From Camelus dromedarius (taxonomy: Eukaryota): 64,000 nucleotides of DNA. A program made the translations under genes and the position numbers. Below, piece after piece: positions 12,528-24,315 of this stretch. Each line of letters opens with the position of its first letter. Position 1 is the first letter of the stretch. The DNA is taken from assembly GCF_036321535.1 (NCBI RefSeq), contig NC_087454.1, positions 14,632,001 through 14,696,000 on the forward strand. Direction: 5' to 3'. Under the pieces are notes generated by a model. The model was not told the origin of the DNA, ran no database searches, and saw nothing but the letters and a program-made list of their open reading frames with translations.

Positions 12528-13147
12528 CAGAATGGCTGTCATAAAAAACAAAACAAAACAAAACACTCAAATAACAAATGTTGGTGAGGATGTGGAGAAA
12601 AGGGAACCTTTCTACACTGTTGCTAGGAATGTAACTTGGTATTGTGGGAAACAGAAAAGCTAAAAATTGAACTATCATATGACCCAGCAATTTTACTCCT
12701 GGGTATATATTTGAAAAAAAAAAAAAAAACCCTAATTTGGAAAGATACATGCCCCCCAGTGTTCATAGCAACATTATTTACAATTGTCAAGATACAGAAG
12801 CAACCTAAGTGTCCATCAACAGATGAATGGATAAAGTTGTGTGTGTATATGGTATGGTGGAATACCACTTAGCCATAAAAATGAAATTTTGGCATTTGCA
12901 CCAACACAGATAGAGTTGGAGGACTATTTGCTAAGTGAAGTAAGTCAGTGAAAGATACACTCTTATGATCTCACTTACAGGTGGAATCTAAAAAATGGAA
13001 CAAACTAGTGAGTATAACAAAAATGCAGACTCACAGATGTAGAGAACAAACTAGTGGTTACCAGTGGGGAGCAGGAAAGGGAGGGACTCAATATAGGGGT
13101 AGGGGATTAAGAGGTACACACTGTTAGGTGTAAAATAAGCTTACAAG

Positions 13148-13512
13148 AAGTGGGTCCTGCAGGTCTCCGCGCTTGTGCACTGGCAGCTGGGGCAGGCACG
13201 GGAATTCCCGCGCTATCCAGCTGCTCTGTCTGCCTCACATGGTCTCCACCGCCTGTTTGGGAGGGGGTCCCTGTGGTAGCCACATGTGACCAGGTGCTGC
13301 CAAGGCCGAGGAAGCCTTAGCGGTGCCGTCCCGCCCGCCCTGAGACCCGTGCCTGCGGCAAGAGAGGAGAACCTGGGCCTTTGCCCGAGGCCAGGGCTCC
13401 CGGCTGCCCGAGAGCTGGAGGCCTAGGGCAGCCGGCCTGAGGAGGGTGCGGAGTTGGAAGAAGAGGACGAGATGGAGGAGGAGGTATATATTAAAAAATA
13501 AATTAATTTAAA
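13148..13512 (+). pseudogene. Retroposed GC-rich RNA fragment (probably the 5' end of an mRNA; parent not identified) with A-rich tail and target-site duplication
   Basis: GC/CpG-rich body 13148-13484 (about 19 CpG by hand count), A-rich tail 13485-13512, flanked by AAAATAAGCTTACAAG (13132-13147) and AAAATTAGCTACAAG (13513-13527). The host L1 resumes seamlessly after it. Confidence 0.75.
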
Positions 13513-13959
13513 AAAATTAGCTACAAGGATATACTGTGAAACATATACCATGGGGAATATAGCCAATATTTTATAATAACTATAAATGGAGTATAACCTT
13601 TAAACATGGTGAATCACTACCTTCTGCACCTATAACTTACACGATATTGTCCAGCAACTGTACTTCAATAAATGAAGAAAAAAAGGTTTTGGCAAAATCT
13701 TGATCACATTTAAACACAAATGAGCTTATCACACAGCGTTGACATTGATGGAGTAATTTAAATTTGTGACGAGTATAAAAATGGAATATTCAGGAAGTAG
13801 TGTTATGGCCCCTCTATTTAAAAGTGTACTAAAATAAAAGTATATTCTGAGGAATGCAAGTGACACAGATCCCTTTAGTTGAAGTTTCTCAGCATGTATC
13901 TGGCATAAAACCGTTTTAATAGAGCTTATACAACGTAGGACGTTACAGCCTTACTGCAC

Positions 13960-14086
13960 TGGTGCTTAAGGGAGAGGAGACGTATCTGACCACGTTCTTT
14001 TGCTCCTTAGCTTATAACTTCGGGAAGTTATGTAACCTGTGATGTTTCATCTCTAGAAGAGAGACAAGAGCATCAACCTCAGAGGG
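13960..14086 (+). mobile_element. MIR 5' part (3' part resumes at about 14712-14790 after an L1 insertion)
   Basis: 'gggaagttatgtaacctgtgatgtttcatctctagaa...acctcagagggtt', then after the L1 'ttgttttaaggttaaagatgctaaagctcttaccacagaatctggtacttag'. Confidence 0.6.
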
Positions 14087-14710
14087 TTTTTTAAATTAGA
14101 CTTTATTTTAGAATAGTTCTAGATTAACAGAGAAGTTGCCAAGAAAGGCAGCGTATTCATACACTCTTACCTCGTCTCCCTTGTCCTTACCACGTTACCT
14201 TACTGTGGATGTTTGTCAAAGCTAAGGAACCAACACTGGCACTTCATTATTAGCTGAACTCTACAGTTTATTTGGATTTCGTGAGTTTTCCCCTAATGTC
14301 CTTTCTCTGTTCCCGGGTCTGATCTTGGATACCATATAACATTTATTCATCATGTCTGCTTAGGCTTCTCTGATCTATGACAATTTCTCAGACTGGTTTT
14401 TGATGACGTTGACAGTTTTGAGGAGCACAGGTGAGTATTTTGTAGGATGTCCCTCAGTTGGGGTTTGTCTGATGTTTTTCTCATGATAGGACTGGATTAT
14501 GGGTTTTTGAGAGAAAGGGTTCAGAGGTGAATCATTACTCCCAGCTCGTCATGTCAAGAGTATATACCCTCAACATGGCTCGTTACTGTTGAGGTTGACC
14601 TTGTTCACGTGGCTGAGATGATGGTGGCCAGGCCTTTCCTTTGTAGAGTTACTCCTTTCCCCCTTTTCCATATTGTACTTTTTGGAAGGAGATGACTAGG
14701 CATAGCTCAT
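14087..14710 (-). mobile_element. Old LINE-1 3' UTR (L1MB/L1MC group)
   Basis: 'actaaggaaccaacactgg'-like stretch, 'ttttcccctaatgtcc', 'ttgacagttttgaggag...tattttgtaggatgtccctcagttgggg', 'gttgaccttgttcacgtggctgag'. Confidence 0.85.
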
Positions 14711-16239
14711 AGCATTGTTTTAAGGTTAAAGATGCTAAAGCTCTTACCACAGAATCTGGTACTTAGAAAACCCTTGTTAAATGCCGGTTGTGACCATAGT
14801 CGTTGCTTTGGTACTAGTCTTCCCCTTCAGTACTTAAAAGCTGGTAGTCTTTAAAGCATCTTCCTCGTAGTTATACCATTCTCAGTCATTTATTGATGTC
14901 GATCAAAAAATAAAAAGAAATGAATTCTCAGCAAACTTCTCAGGTGAGATGTCTGTGCTCCAAGGCACTCGTGGATGGGGGTATATGCATTCACTCAGGC
15001 TTCACTGCTGAAAGGCTGTGCTCAGCGGGGATCAGCAGCATGTCGCCCTGTTTCAAGGGCTGGTGTCAGTCGTCAGGGATGAGCATGGAGGTGGGGGAGT
15101 GGGGGTAATGGTGCCTGCAAGTCTTGGGCATTATGGGGAGAAGGAAAGTAATTTAGGTGCTGAGCCCACAGTATGGTGAGGCTTGTTTTTTTTTTCTTCT
15201 CTCTCATGATCAAATTTGATTGCTTTCAGGTAGAATTTAGAGTTCTTAGAAAAAACTGTCTTCAGCACTTCTCTGTAAAATGAAGGCCTTGTTCTGTGAC
15301 CTGAGTTGCTTCAAAGCCCTTGCAATTGTTGCTAGAGTAGTTTGCTGAGCCTGGATAATAGAGCTCAGAGTCCTGTGTAACCATGTCTGTTGGAGTAAAT
15401 AGGCACAGCTGGTCTCCTGTACAGATACTGTTTGGCATGAATTTTTTATTTAAGTCTCTCCATGTGTCTAGTAAACAGTAAGCAGTATTCTAACATTACT
15501 AAAAGCCTCCCAAGTCTCCTTCCGATACATTTCCTTCACTCCTCCCCATTTAGAATTTCAGGGTGTGGGGCAGGGTTAACGTACCAGAGAAGGAATGCTA
15601 GGCAAGTGTTTCTGAGCTGGAGGGAATAAGGTTTCTCTTCTATGTATTCTTGACCTTCTGCTTCTCTCTTAGATAAGACATTATTTGGGCTGTTTCTTAG
15701 GAAAGCAAGAGTTATGCAGACATTCTTTTACTGGTCTGTATGTACTAAGTGAAGAGATGTATTTGTATCAAGATGGAATACCCTGTCCCTGAGTGCTTTG
15801 TGGGGAGAAAATTTACATCTGCATTAAGGGTAGATGGGTGAAATATTCTCTTGGTCTTCTTTAAATGATTAGCAAGGAAATTCTTTCCATGTATCTGTGA
15901 GTTTCTGTCTTGACAAGGTTACTTGAGACTGAGTACCCCTCTCCTGTCCTGCAAAGAATGCAGGGAGCACTTGAAGAACAATCATGGCATCCATCGTTTA
16001 TTCTGCTATCTTTGTTAACAACAGGGAGAAGTTTTTTACTTAACCTGCCAAATTAGTGTTGGGGTCCATAGGAGTAAAAACTGTCATAGGTACGTTACCC
16101 AGTCTCTTTTATTCTCTCTTCAAGCAGACATTGAGTTCCCTGGCCTGGGGGCTGAGGATGTAAGTAAAAATAAGATGGGATGTTTGTACCTCAATAACAG
16201 CTGATAATCTTCATGAGCTCTAGGAGGTTTTTGATTGCT

Positions 16240-16625
16240 TTAAGCCTTTGTAGGACTCCTGTGGTCTTCAAGGATGCTCACAAATGTATCTGGGCCTCTT
16301 TGGGGACACTGAGTACAGTTGCGCTTTCTTGCCTCTTTTTGGGTTAAGTATGACCACATGACTGGCTTTTGCCCATGAAACGTGAGCAGAGGTCACCTCT
16401 GTTACTTCCCAGGTGAAGCTTCAGAGTCATTCCCTCCCACCTACTTTAGTGGGAGAACACATGGAGGTCGGAACCCTCACAGTCTGGTCTCAAAGGGCCC
16501 CTGAAGGAAATAGCTTTGGACCTAGGTCAGACTGTGGTGCAAGCAAGAAGTAAGCTTCGGTTACTACAAGTCAGGGTTTGCGGGTGATGTGTTGCTGGGT
16601 ATCGTCACTGTCCTGACTAATGCTG
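16240..16625. mobile_element. MaLR solo LTR (MLT1I/J-like)
   Basis: 'gaccacatgactggcttttgcccatgaaacgtgagcagaggtcac...ttcccaggtgaagc', 'agcaagaagtaagcttc', 3' end 'cctgactaat' are MLT1-type motifs. Confidence 0.65.
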
Positions 16626-16916
16626 TTGGTGTTATCTCTTTAGAGTCACGGGAATTGAGTCCTAGATGTTTGACTTGGGAGGGGTATTCACAGCTGTGAT
16701 GGTGACAGTGCTAGGAAACTGTACTCATGGTAGTTCCTGTGACACAAAAACTGAGTGCCCAGTTTATGCTCTGAGAGGTGTGTCCTACATTTCAGTATAG
16801 TTGTTACATTTCTGCAGAGAGATGACAACCCTTCTGACCTTCTGACATGGCGTGTATACTTCTCAACAAATATGTTACCTAATAGAGCATAATTCTAAGG
16901 AAGGAAAAATGAAACT

Positions 16917-16918
<2 letters not shown>

Positions 16919-16958
<40 letters not shown>
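16919..16958 (+). repeat. (AC)20 microsatellite
   Basis: Read directly. Confidence 0.97.
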
Positions 16959-16963
<5 letters not shown>

Positions 16964-17978
16964 TTAACTTACCCTCCCAAGAGTCATATGAGAGATGTTA
17001 ATGCCAAACTCCTGGTTGTGTGCCAGGAAGATTTTCTTGGGTGGACATAATGCTTAATTTATATTTAGGGAATTTCCACTGCTAAATCACAGAGCTTGTA
17101 AAATTTGAAAAGAGAAGGAGGGGGTGGAGAAGTGGGAAAAAAAAAAAAAGGGCCCAGGGATGTGGTTGACAATATTCCTTTTAGTTTAAAGCCACCTGAA
17201 GGCTGCAGTTGAATAATAAATTCCCATATGGTTTCCGTCCTTTCAATGTTCGAAACTCAGAAATGTGATCTACTTTTAGCCTTGGCTTCTCCTTGCCTCT
17301 TTGTCAGGCTGAAAATGCTTCCCGTCTGCTTGCTGGTAGGAAGTGTAAGCCAAGCCCACTGCTCTGGGGGCCACTTCCCAGGCTGTACCTTCTGCTTGGG
17401 CAGGTTGACTCTTCTGGCGGGGACAATCCATTCCCTCAGGGCCCTCCTGACTCCTGGGTGGACAGGGACGGCCAGTGCCACCACTCTAGATGACTTCATG
17501 CTTCATTAGTGAGAGAGCCTCCTGACAGGCACTTTCTCAGCCCCCTTTTGTTCTTCCCAGCCGAACAGCTCTGTTTACAATAAACCTTTCACCTCAAGGA
17601 AAAACCCATCATCCATTTGGGTTTTGTTGTTTTCCCTTGATGTGTTTTTGTAACCCTCAGAATCTTTGGAAGGGCAAATACCCAGTAAATCCTGAAACTT
17701 GAATATAGAGTTATTATCAATTACTTGTACTTTCATTTTCAATTTTTCCTCTTTTCCTTATCCTGTGTAAATTTACTTTCCTCCTGTGTTAGGGAGTTCA
17801 TGATCAACCCAGGAAGTTTATGAAAGAAGTAGTTTTACAGTATGAGGATGCCTCTAAATACACCTCTGCCTCCTCTTTTCTCTTAATTTCCTTTTCAGTA
17901 TCAATGCAAAAGCTACTTTATGTCATATATTAATGGAAACATACCCACTTTTCTTTTGAGGGAAACTTCAAGGAAGAT

Positions 17979-17980
<2 letters not shown>

Positions 17981-18032
<52 letters not shown>
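17981..18032. repeat. (AT)26 microsatellite
   Basis: Read directly. Confidence 0.97.
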
Positions 18033-18035
<3 letters not shown>

Positions 18036-18959
18036 AATTTGGATAAGAAGTTTTTCAATTTTTCAAGTTGGTTAAATTAAGCTAGCTAAGGACTAGAATT
18101 CCATTATGACTGTGTTCTCTTGGTTGTGTGAACTGTTCTGGTCTGAATTTGTGAACTTCTGCGCTAATGTCATTAAAATGACGTAAGATAACCTTATTGT
18201 GGCTCAAAAGGAAGCTACCTATAAATTAGAAGGATTTTGATACTACCACCTCGTGCTGGTGTCACTGTTTAACATCTATTCCTGCTTATCCACTTAAACA
18301 CTGAGATGGTGCTCCCCTTTCCTGTTTTCATGGAGTTGCAAAATGATTTCTTCACACAAGGGCAATCAAAATGATAAAGTGGCCTGAGTCTTTGGAAGAA
18401 AAATCGTGCAGAAGTATAGGTAGCTGGAGGTAGAGGAAGACTATTTTATATGGAAGAACAAAAGTGTTTGAAAAGAAATGGGGTTACCAGCTATTTGAGC
18501 TGGCGAGACAGTACCAAGTGAAAGCTGTTCCCTTTCCACCAGAGCCAACCTTTTGAAGGGGACACTCTGGCAGAGTTGCTGCATTAGTTTTCTGTTTATT
18601 TGAAATGAGAAGGTACGTGTTGGGTACTGAGGCACTTTAAAGATGCGCTCCTGTCAAAATAGGCCTTCATGATCCTCAGAAATCACTTGTGGGATATACT
18701 GTTTGGATGGAAATGGTGTTATCTGGCTTGTCAATTAAATGCCAGTTTCTATCTCCTGCACAATGTGTCCCCAAGTGGTATTTCATGTGTTTCTAAAAAT
18801 GCCTTCTGGAAACTAGACTAACATACAGCATTTTTTCCCCTTATTGCTTGATTTTTAATTGTCAATTGCTAATGGAGTGACTTTGAATCAAATATAAAAC
18901 AGAAAATCAAGCATGATCCCAGCACCAGTTTCATTCGACATGAATGTCTCTGTGTCCTA

Positions 18960-20050
18960 TACTTGTTCTCAATACAGATTTTTCAGTGGGTGTATCACTT
19001 GGAAAAAAATAATAAACCCTGGTTTCTTTGGATAAGTTTACAGTAGTACATTTAAAAATCTACTTCATGAGTTGAGGATACAGGCATTTTATCCTTTACC
19101 CTAGCTCTTCTAGCCTTCTACTTTCAAACATGTATCAACTGTACATTTCCCATTGCTAAAGTTAACAATTCTGTAACTGTTATGAAGTCTCCCATGGTAC
19201 ACATTCAGATTGTTACTAAAAATTGAAAACCAATCATCAGTGTTTATGCTGTATGTATGCAAATAATGTCCACTATAGGACCAAGTAAGATACTCTGATT
19301 GTATTCTTTTCCAGTTTCATGATCTCTATGAAAGGGGTCAAATGAAGACTCCTTATTTAATTGTATCAATTCATTGAAACCATAAAACATTCAGTTTGCT
19401 TCAAATGTGACCTCCAAACTTACCAGACAATTTGTTAACTCTGAAGTATTAGATCTTTGTTTTTGGGCGGGGAAATAAATACAAGCCTTTAAAAAAAGTA
19501 AGTTAGATTTTGCTTCTAGATTCAATGTTGTTTTCTTAAACTTTTGGGATCTCTTTTAAGCTTGGTTCTCAGGTTTTGTAATGATGTTCGGGTTTTATTA
19601 ATTCTGAGTGGTACTTGGAGTAATCTAGAAACTACATCTCCTTTTGGCCCTGGGCCATTTTCTTTTATTATTTTGATATGTTTTCCTTAGGCTTTTTCTG
19701 TTCTTTCTTAGGGTGGTCTACCTGTCAGTCAGATGTTGGATCCTCTGAGTGGATCTTCTATGTTCCTTATCTTTCCTTCACATTTTCCATCTTTCTGTCT
19801 TTGTCCATATGTTGTGAACTATTTTAACTATCTTCCAATCCTTAGTGGTTGTTAGCCATGGCTTTTTAATTTCTAGGAGCTCATCAAATTTTTAACTTCT
19901 TATTTTTATTTGTTTGGCTTGTATTTTGAAATTCATTAAAGCAGCGGTGTAAAGCACCAGCGTTCTACCAGGGATTTGCCTGCTGTGAAGATCTACGCTG
20001 TGGAGTCAGAATTCCCTGTGGGTATTTGAAGAGGCATCTAGAATTACCCT
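18960..20050 (-). mobile_element. Ancient L1-family remnant (L1ME/HAL1-like, includes ORF1-type sequence)
   Basis: T-rich antisense L1-like text, e.g. 'cctgtcagtcagatgttggatcctctgagtggatcttcta...cacattttccatctttctgtcttt'; heavily decayed. Confidence 0.55.
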
Positions 20051-20114
20051 TTAGTTTTGTAATCTGTCCACTTGAGAAGAAAATATCAGGTTCTCACTGG
20101 CTGTCTGATTTGAC

Positions 20115-20290
20115 TTTTATGTTACTGATAATGAGTACTGGACAGCAGCAATACAGAGTGAGAGATAAAAGACACACAGTTGCTGCCCTCAAGGAATTTA
20201 TGGTCCAGTTGAAAGAAAAGACAAAAAGCAGAAGCATCTTAAGAATAAGAAAATGCCAAATTATGCAGTATGGGGTTTTAAGCCAGGAAA
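20115..20290 (-). mobile_element. LINE-2 fragment
   Basis: 'aaaagacacacagttgctgccctcaaggaatttatggtccagttg'. Confidence 0.65.
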
Positions 20291-20632
20291 GCTTATTTTT
20301 TAAACTAAGATGAACACTTTTGTACCCATAGTTTTTGGATTTTCTTGTTTATTGGGAGATACAGAAAGTCAGATTGTTGGATGGAGACTACTGCTTTTGG
20401 TGTATAAGTTCGTGTTCTTTTTATAGGGCCATCTATCTATCACAACATCAGATTTACCCAAATCTTACTAGCAGTGGGTGTTGTAATTTTTAAAAAACTG
20501 AGTTACTTATTATGCACGGAAAGTGGCATTTTATTATATTAGCTGAATTATTTAATTGCTGTATTGCTACCTTTTATCATTCATTGACATTTATGTATAA
20601 ATCATAGTATACCTATACGCAAAAGATATTAT

Positions 20633-20668
20633 CTTTTTCTCCTCTTCCTCCTCCTCCTCTTCTTCCTC
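20633..20668 (+). repeat. Pure pyrimidine (TCC/TTC) tract
   Basis: 'tctttttctcctcttcctcctcctcctcttcttcctc'. Confidence 0.8.
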
Positions 20669-23034
20669 ATCTTCTCTGTCTTCTGCTTGTTCAGTCTTAC
20701 CTATAGTATGGATACAAGAATATACCTGTCCGCCTTGTGTCTGAGTATTTTCTACACGTCTTCTACTCAGTGCTATGATGACATAGGATTATTTCCCGAA
20801 GAAGTGGTTGATGTATGTTACATATACTACTGGTTAGGGACAGTGTTAATAATAACAGTAAGGCCATCTGTTCTTAGACAGTAGGAAATGTAAATATGGA
20901 TTCTGTTGAGTTAGGACTTGAATTGGAGAGTGGCAGACATTTGTTTATGCTCTTAAACTTTTTCCTGAATGTTAATTTTCATGATTTGTTTAAAGGCTAT
21001 CTTCACATGGAATGCAAGAACCGTGTTTGAGGAGTTGGATTCTAACCTGGCCTTAGAGAGGGATTTAATTGATTCAGCTCCTCATGGTGTTATTTCTTTT
21101 CTGACAGCTTTCTACAAAGTCTAATGATTTCATTCGAAGAAAACAGTAATTGACCCTACTTAAAATATCTAAGTTTCTATCACCAAAAAAGTTTTGAAGT
21201 TTGGCTGTCAGTATATTTTGGCTCAAGAAAACTCAAGAAATAGTGTATCATTTGGAATTAAGTGGTATGTCAATTAACTATTGATGAAAAGTCTTATTTC
21301 TTGGGTACACCAATTCTGAAAACATAAATGCATCTTATGTGATATTTAGAGTAAAGCTATTTGAATAGGATTTTTAGGATGAGAAACGAGGCTGCAGCTA
21401 TAGTAGCAGGGTAACCACTCTGTGTAGAGTATTGGTAATTGCACAGTATGTTATAATACTTAGATTTTTATCATACCAAGTTTCACATTCAAGAGAGAAA
21501 AATAGCTTGCTTTATTTAACCCAGAAGAATTACCTTAAGCTAGTAGGTAATTAACATTTAAACACTGTGATGATGGTCAGAGCTCAGGACGAAGGTATAT
21601 AGTCTTGAAAATACTGCTGTTGCTTCTTTGAGCACCATCTGGCAGAAGGACATGTGGTACAGATGACAAGAATCCTGGAGACAAATTTAATTCAGTTAGA
21701 TGACTTACAGAAGAATAGAATTATTCAGGTACAATGTAAATGTGGAAAGTCTGTATCAATGTAGCTTTTAATTTCTTTGATTAAAGCAGTCAGTACAATA
21801 TAGGACCCTCAAACTTCGTGTAAACAAGTTCCTGTACTACATGTCACTTTATGCCACAATATTTGTAGGATGATGTTGATGAATGACACGATTGCTTTTT
21901 TTCTTAATTGATGGTAATAAATGACAATGATTTATCACTTTACTTTTAAGTGGGCTGAAATGATGGTAAGGAACTAACCTATTCGATAGAACAGTGGACC
22001 TCTCTGTTCTCCCAGAAGCATATGTCTAAATATTAACAATGGAGAGTGAAGATGAGGAAGGAAACTGGTCTAAGGATTATTCTGGGAGTGTTCCTTACAG
22101 TCAGAACTGAATGGAGAGCTCCTTCTCATGCCTGCCTCTCTATCTCTTTGTCAGCAGCACTGGATCTTGTATCTGGATCTTGATCAGGTTACTGCTCCTG
22201 GTGTCTACATTTTCATTTACCTTGGCTGCCATTTAATTAAAAAAAAACCCAAGACAAATGGTTAAGGTGAGGGTAGGAATGCAGCTGAGAGTCTTTATTA
22301 GTGTTTGAGTCTGTCATATCACCTGCGATGTCTGTGATGGGGTAAATTAATAATTTTATCAAGCCACATTGCCAATTCTTTCCTATTTTTTGTACCTTTT
22401 TATAATTTTTTGAAATAGTAAAATTAACGAAAACTCTGAGATCCCATTTCTAGAAGTAGATCTCTTTCAAGTTGTGTTCTAAATAATCTTAAGTACAAAG
22501 ATGCCTCTGAAAGGATGGAAGAGACTAGGAAGATAACATCTCTCTGAGCTTCTCAGAAAGAAAAGACTTCATCCAGGTCTCTTATATATTGGACTTCTAT
22601 AAAATTCCTTTTAGAAAAACTGCTGAATCCAGTTTGAAAACCATTAGTCTAGGTCACCATAAATTCTGAAACTTCTTCCTTCCTCCAGTAGCCCAGCATG
22701 GACAGCTGTTGTTTTCTGCACTGTACAACACATTTGCAGAAGGCACTTTGACGTGAATCATAGCTGGAGCTACTTTTCTCAGACCTTCGTGCTTCCCCTA
22801 GTGTCATAAACGTTTCTGCTACAGGGTAGGTGGGTGGTTAAATTGATGGGTGGACACATAAGGATAGGAAGAAAGGATGGAAGGAAGGGCACACAGTTAC
22901 TTCCATTTGTCTATTCCTTTATGTATGTGCATATATTTTTATATTATTTAATTATATTTCTTACCACTTAGGGCAGGAAATGCATCTTGCCCACATTTCA
23001 TTATCTCATATGCAGTTACAATCATAATGAACTC

Positions 23035-23440
23035 ACCAGTCACTCCCCTGTGTACCTATGACTCAGGCACCATTCTAGAAGTGAGGATATAGCATTAAGA
23101 AAACATAAAAATATGTGACCTCATGGAGCGTCTTTCTAGTTGGAGGAAAAACAGTAAACATAGAAGTGAAATATACAGTGGGTCAGTTAATGAAAAGTGC
23201 TGTGCAGAAATAAAGAACAGCAAAAGGAAGGAGGTGACTGTTTAATACCCCGTGGTTCACTGACATACACACAAGACCTGAGGGAGGGGACTTGGTAGCT
23301 CTGTTGGTTAGAAACGTCTAGGTGGAGGGAGCAATAAATGCAAAGTCTTTCTGTAAGAGCTTTTTTGGTATATTCCAGGAGAAGCAAGAAGAACATGGAG
23401 CTAATTGCTATGAGGCCAGGGATGTGGGGAGGGACTCTGC
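23035..23440 (-). mobile_element. LINE-2 fragment
   Basis: 'acctatgactcaggcaccattctagaagtgaggatatagca...gacctcatggagcgtctttctagttggagg'. Confidence 0.75.
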
Positions 23441-23493
23441 CTTCATTCTCTTTAAGTAAAATGGGTGGTGTTGACTACAGACTTCCTGTTTCT

Positions 23494-23494
23494 T

Positions 23495-23557
<63 letters not shown>
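23494..23557 (+). repeat. (TTTA)16 tetranucleotide microsatellite
   Basis: Read directly; 64 nt perfect. Confidence 0.97.
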
Positions 23558-23559
23558 TG

Positions 23560-23678
23560 CAAATGTAGCCATGAATAATACATAAATGAATGGCCATGGC
23601 TGTTTTCCAGTGAACTTTATTTAAAAAGACAGATGGCAGCTGGATTTGGCTTACTTGCGAGTTTTGCCAATCACTGCG
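23560..23678. mobile_element. MER58-like hAT-Charlie MITE, partial
   Basis: 'gtagccatgaataatacataaatgaatggccatggctgttttccagtgaactttattt...ggatttggc...gttttgccaatcactg'. Confidence 0.7.
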
Positions 23679-24020
23679 TTAGACCATTTGCCTAGTGGTT
23701 TTGAATTGCGTCTGTGAGCTGGTAATGATTGTGTATCACTTATCAGCTGTAACACACCCAGGACAGGCTATCATCAATTGATAATTTTTGTGCATATCCC
23801 CATCTATATAATTCATTGGTTATCACTTCAAAGCCATAGATATAATTTAATAAGTGTTTACTGGTTAGAAGAACATAGGTTTTCTGTATTAGTGTTTTTA
23901 TATCACTCTAAGGAATTGGCTATCTGAGACTGTTCTGTAGTAATTCATTGTAATGATTATTCTGAGCCCTACTTGCGCTGAGAGCTTTCTTCCCTATTCA
24001 CTCTTCTCATTGGTTTAGCC

Positions 24021-24315
24021 CAGTTCTGTCCAAGAGAAATGTAACGTGGACCTCAAATGCAAGCCACATCAAGAAGTTTAAAATTTCTAGTAGCCACATA
24101 AAAAATGTGAAGGGAAACAAGTAAATATTGTTTTATTTAAACCAATATATCAAAAGTGTTATAATGTAATATGTAATCACTGTAAAATAATATATTTTTA
24201 CATGATTTCATACAAAGTCTTTGAATCCCAGTATGTATTTTACAATTTGGACAAGTCACATGGGAAACACTCCATGGCCACATGTAGCTAGCGGCTGCTG
24301 TATTGGACAGTGCAG
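24021..24315. mobile_element. MER3-like hAT-Charlie MITE
   Basis: Inverted ends CTGTCCAA (24026-24033) / TTGGACAG (24303-24310); internal 'aaaatttctagtagccacataaaaa' and 'ggccacatgtagctagcggct'. Confidence 0.8.

Larger units (their letters stand above)
12225..13684 (+). mobile_element. LINE-1 3' portion (ORF2 C-terminus plus 3' UTR, laurasiatherian L1MA-type), interrupted by an N gap and a nested retroposed insert
   Basis: 'gcacagcaaaggaaacc...gacaacccactgaatgggagaaaat', 'gacccagcaattttactcctgggtatat', 'caacctaagtgtccatcaacagatgaatggataaag', 3' end 'tacttcaataaa' plus A tail. ORF 12636-12872 (ELSYDPAILLLGIY...TCPPVFIATLFTI...KQPKCPS) is the L1 ORF2 C-terminus. Confidence 0.93.

Noticed and set aside
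12220-12750. Long ORFs crossing the first N gap (and likewise 26273-26848 and 37713-38221)
   Set aside because: Their length comes from translating N as X; these are artefacts.
14014-14031. ATAACTTC-gg-GAAGTTAT, identical to the outer arms of loxP
   Set aside because: It lacks the TATA halves and the 8-bp spacer, and sits where MIR has 'gtgaccttgggcaagttac', so it is a mutated MIR and a coincidence.
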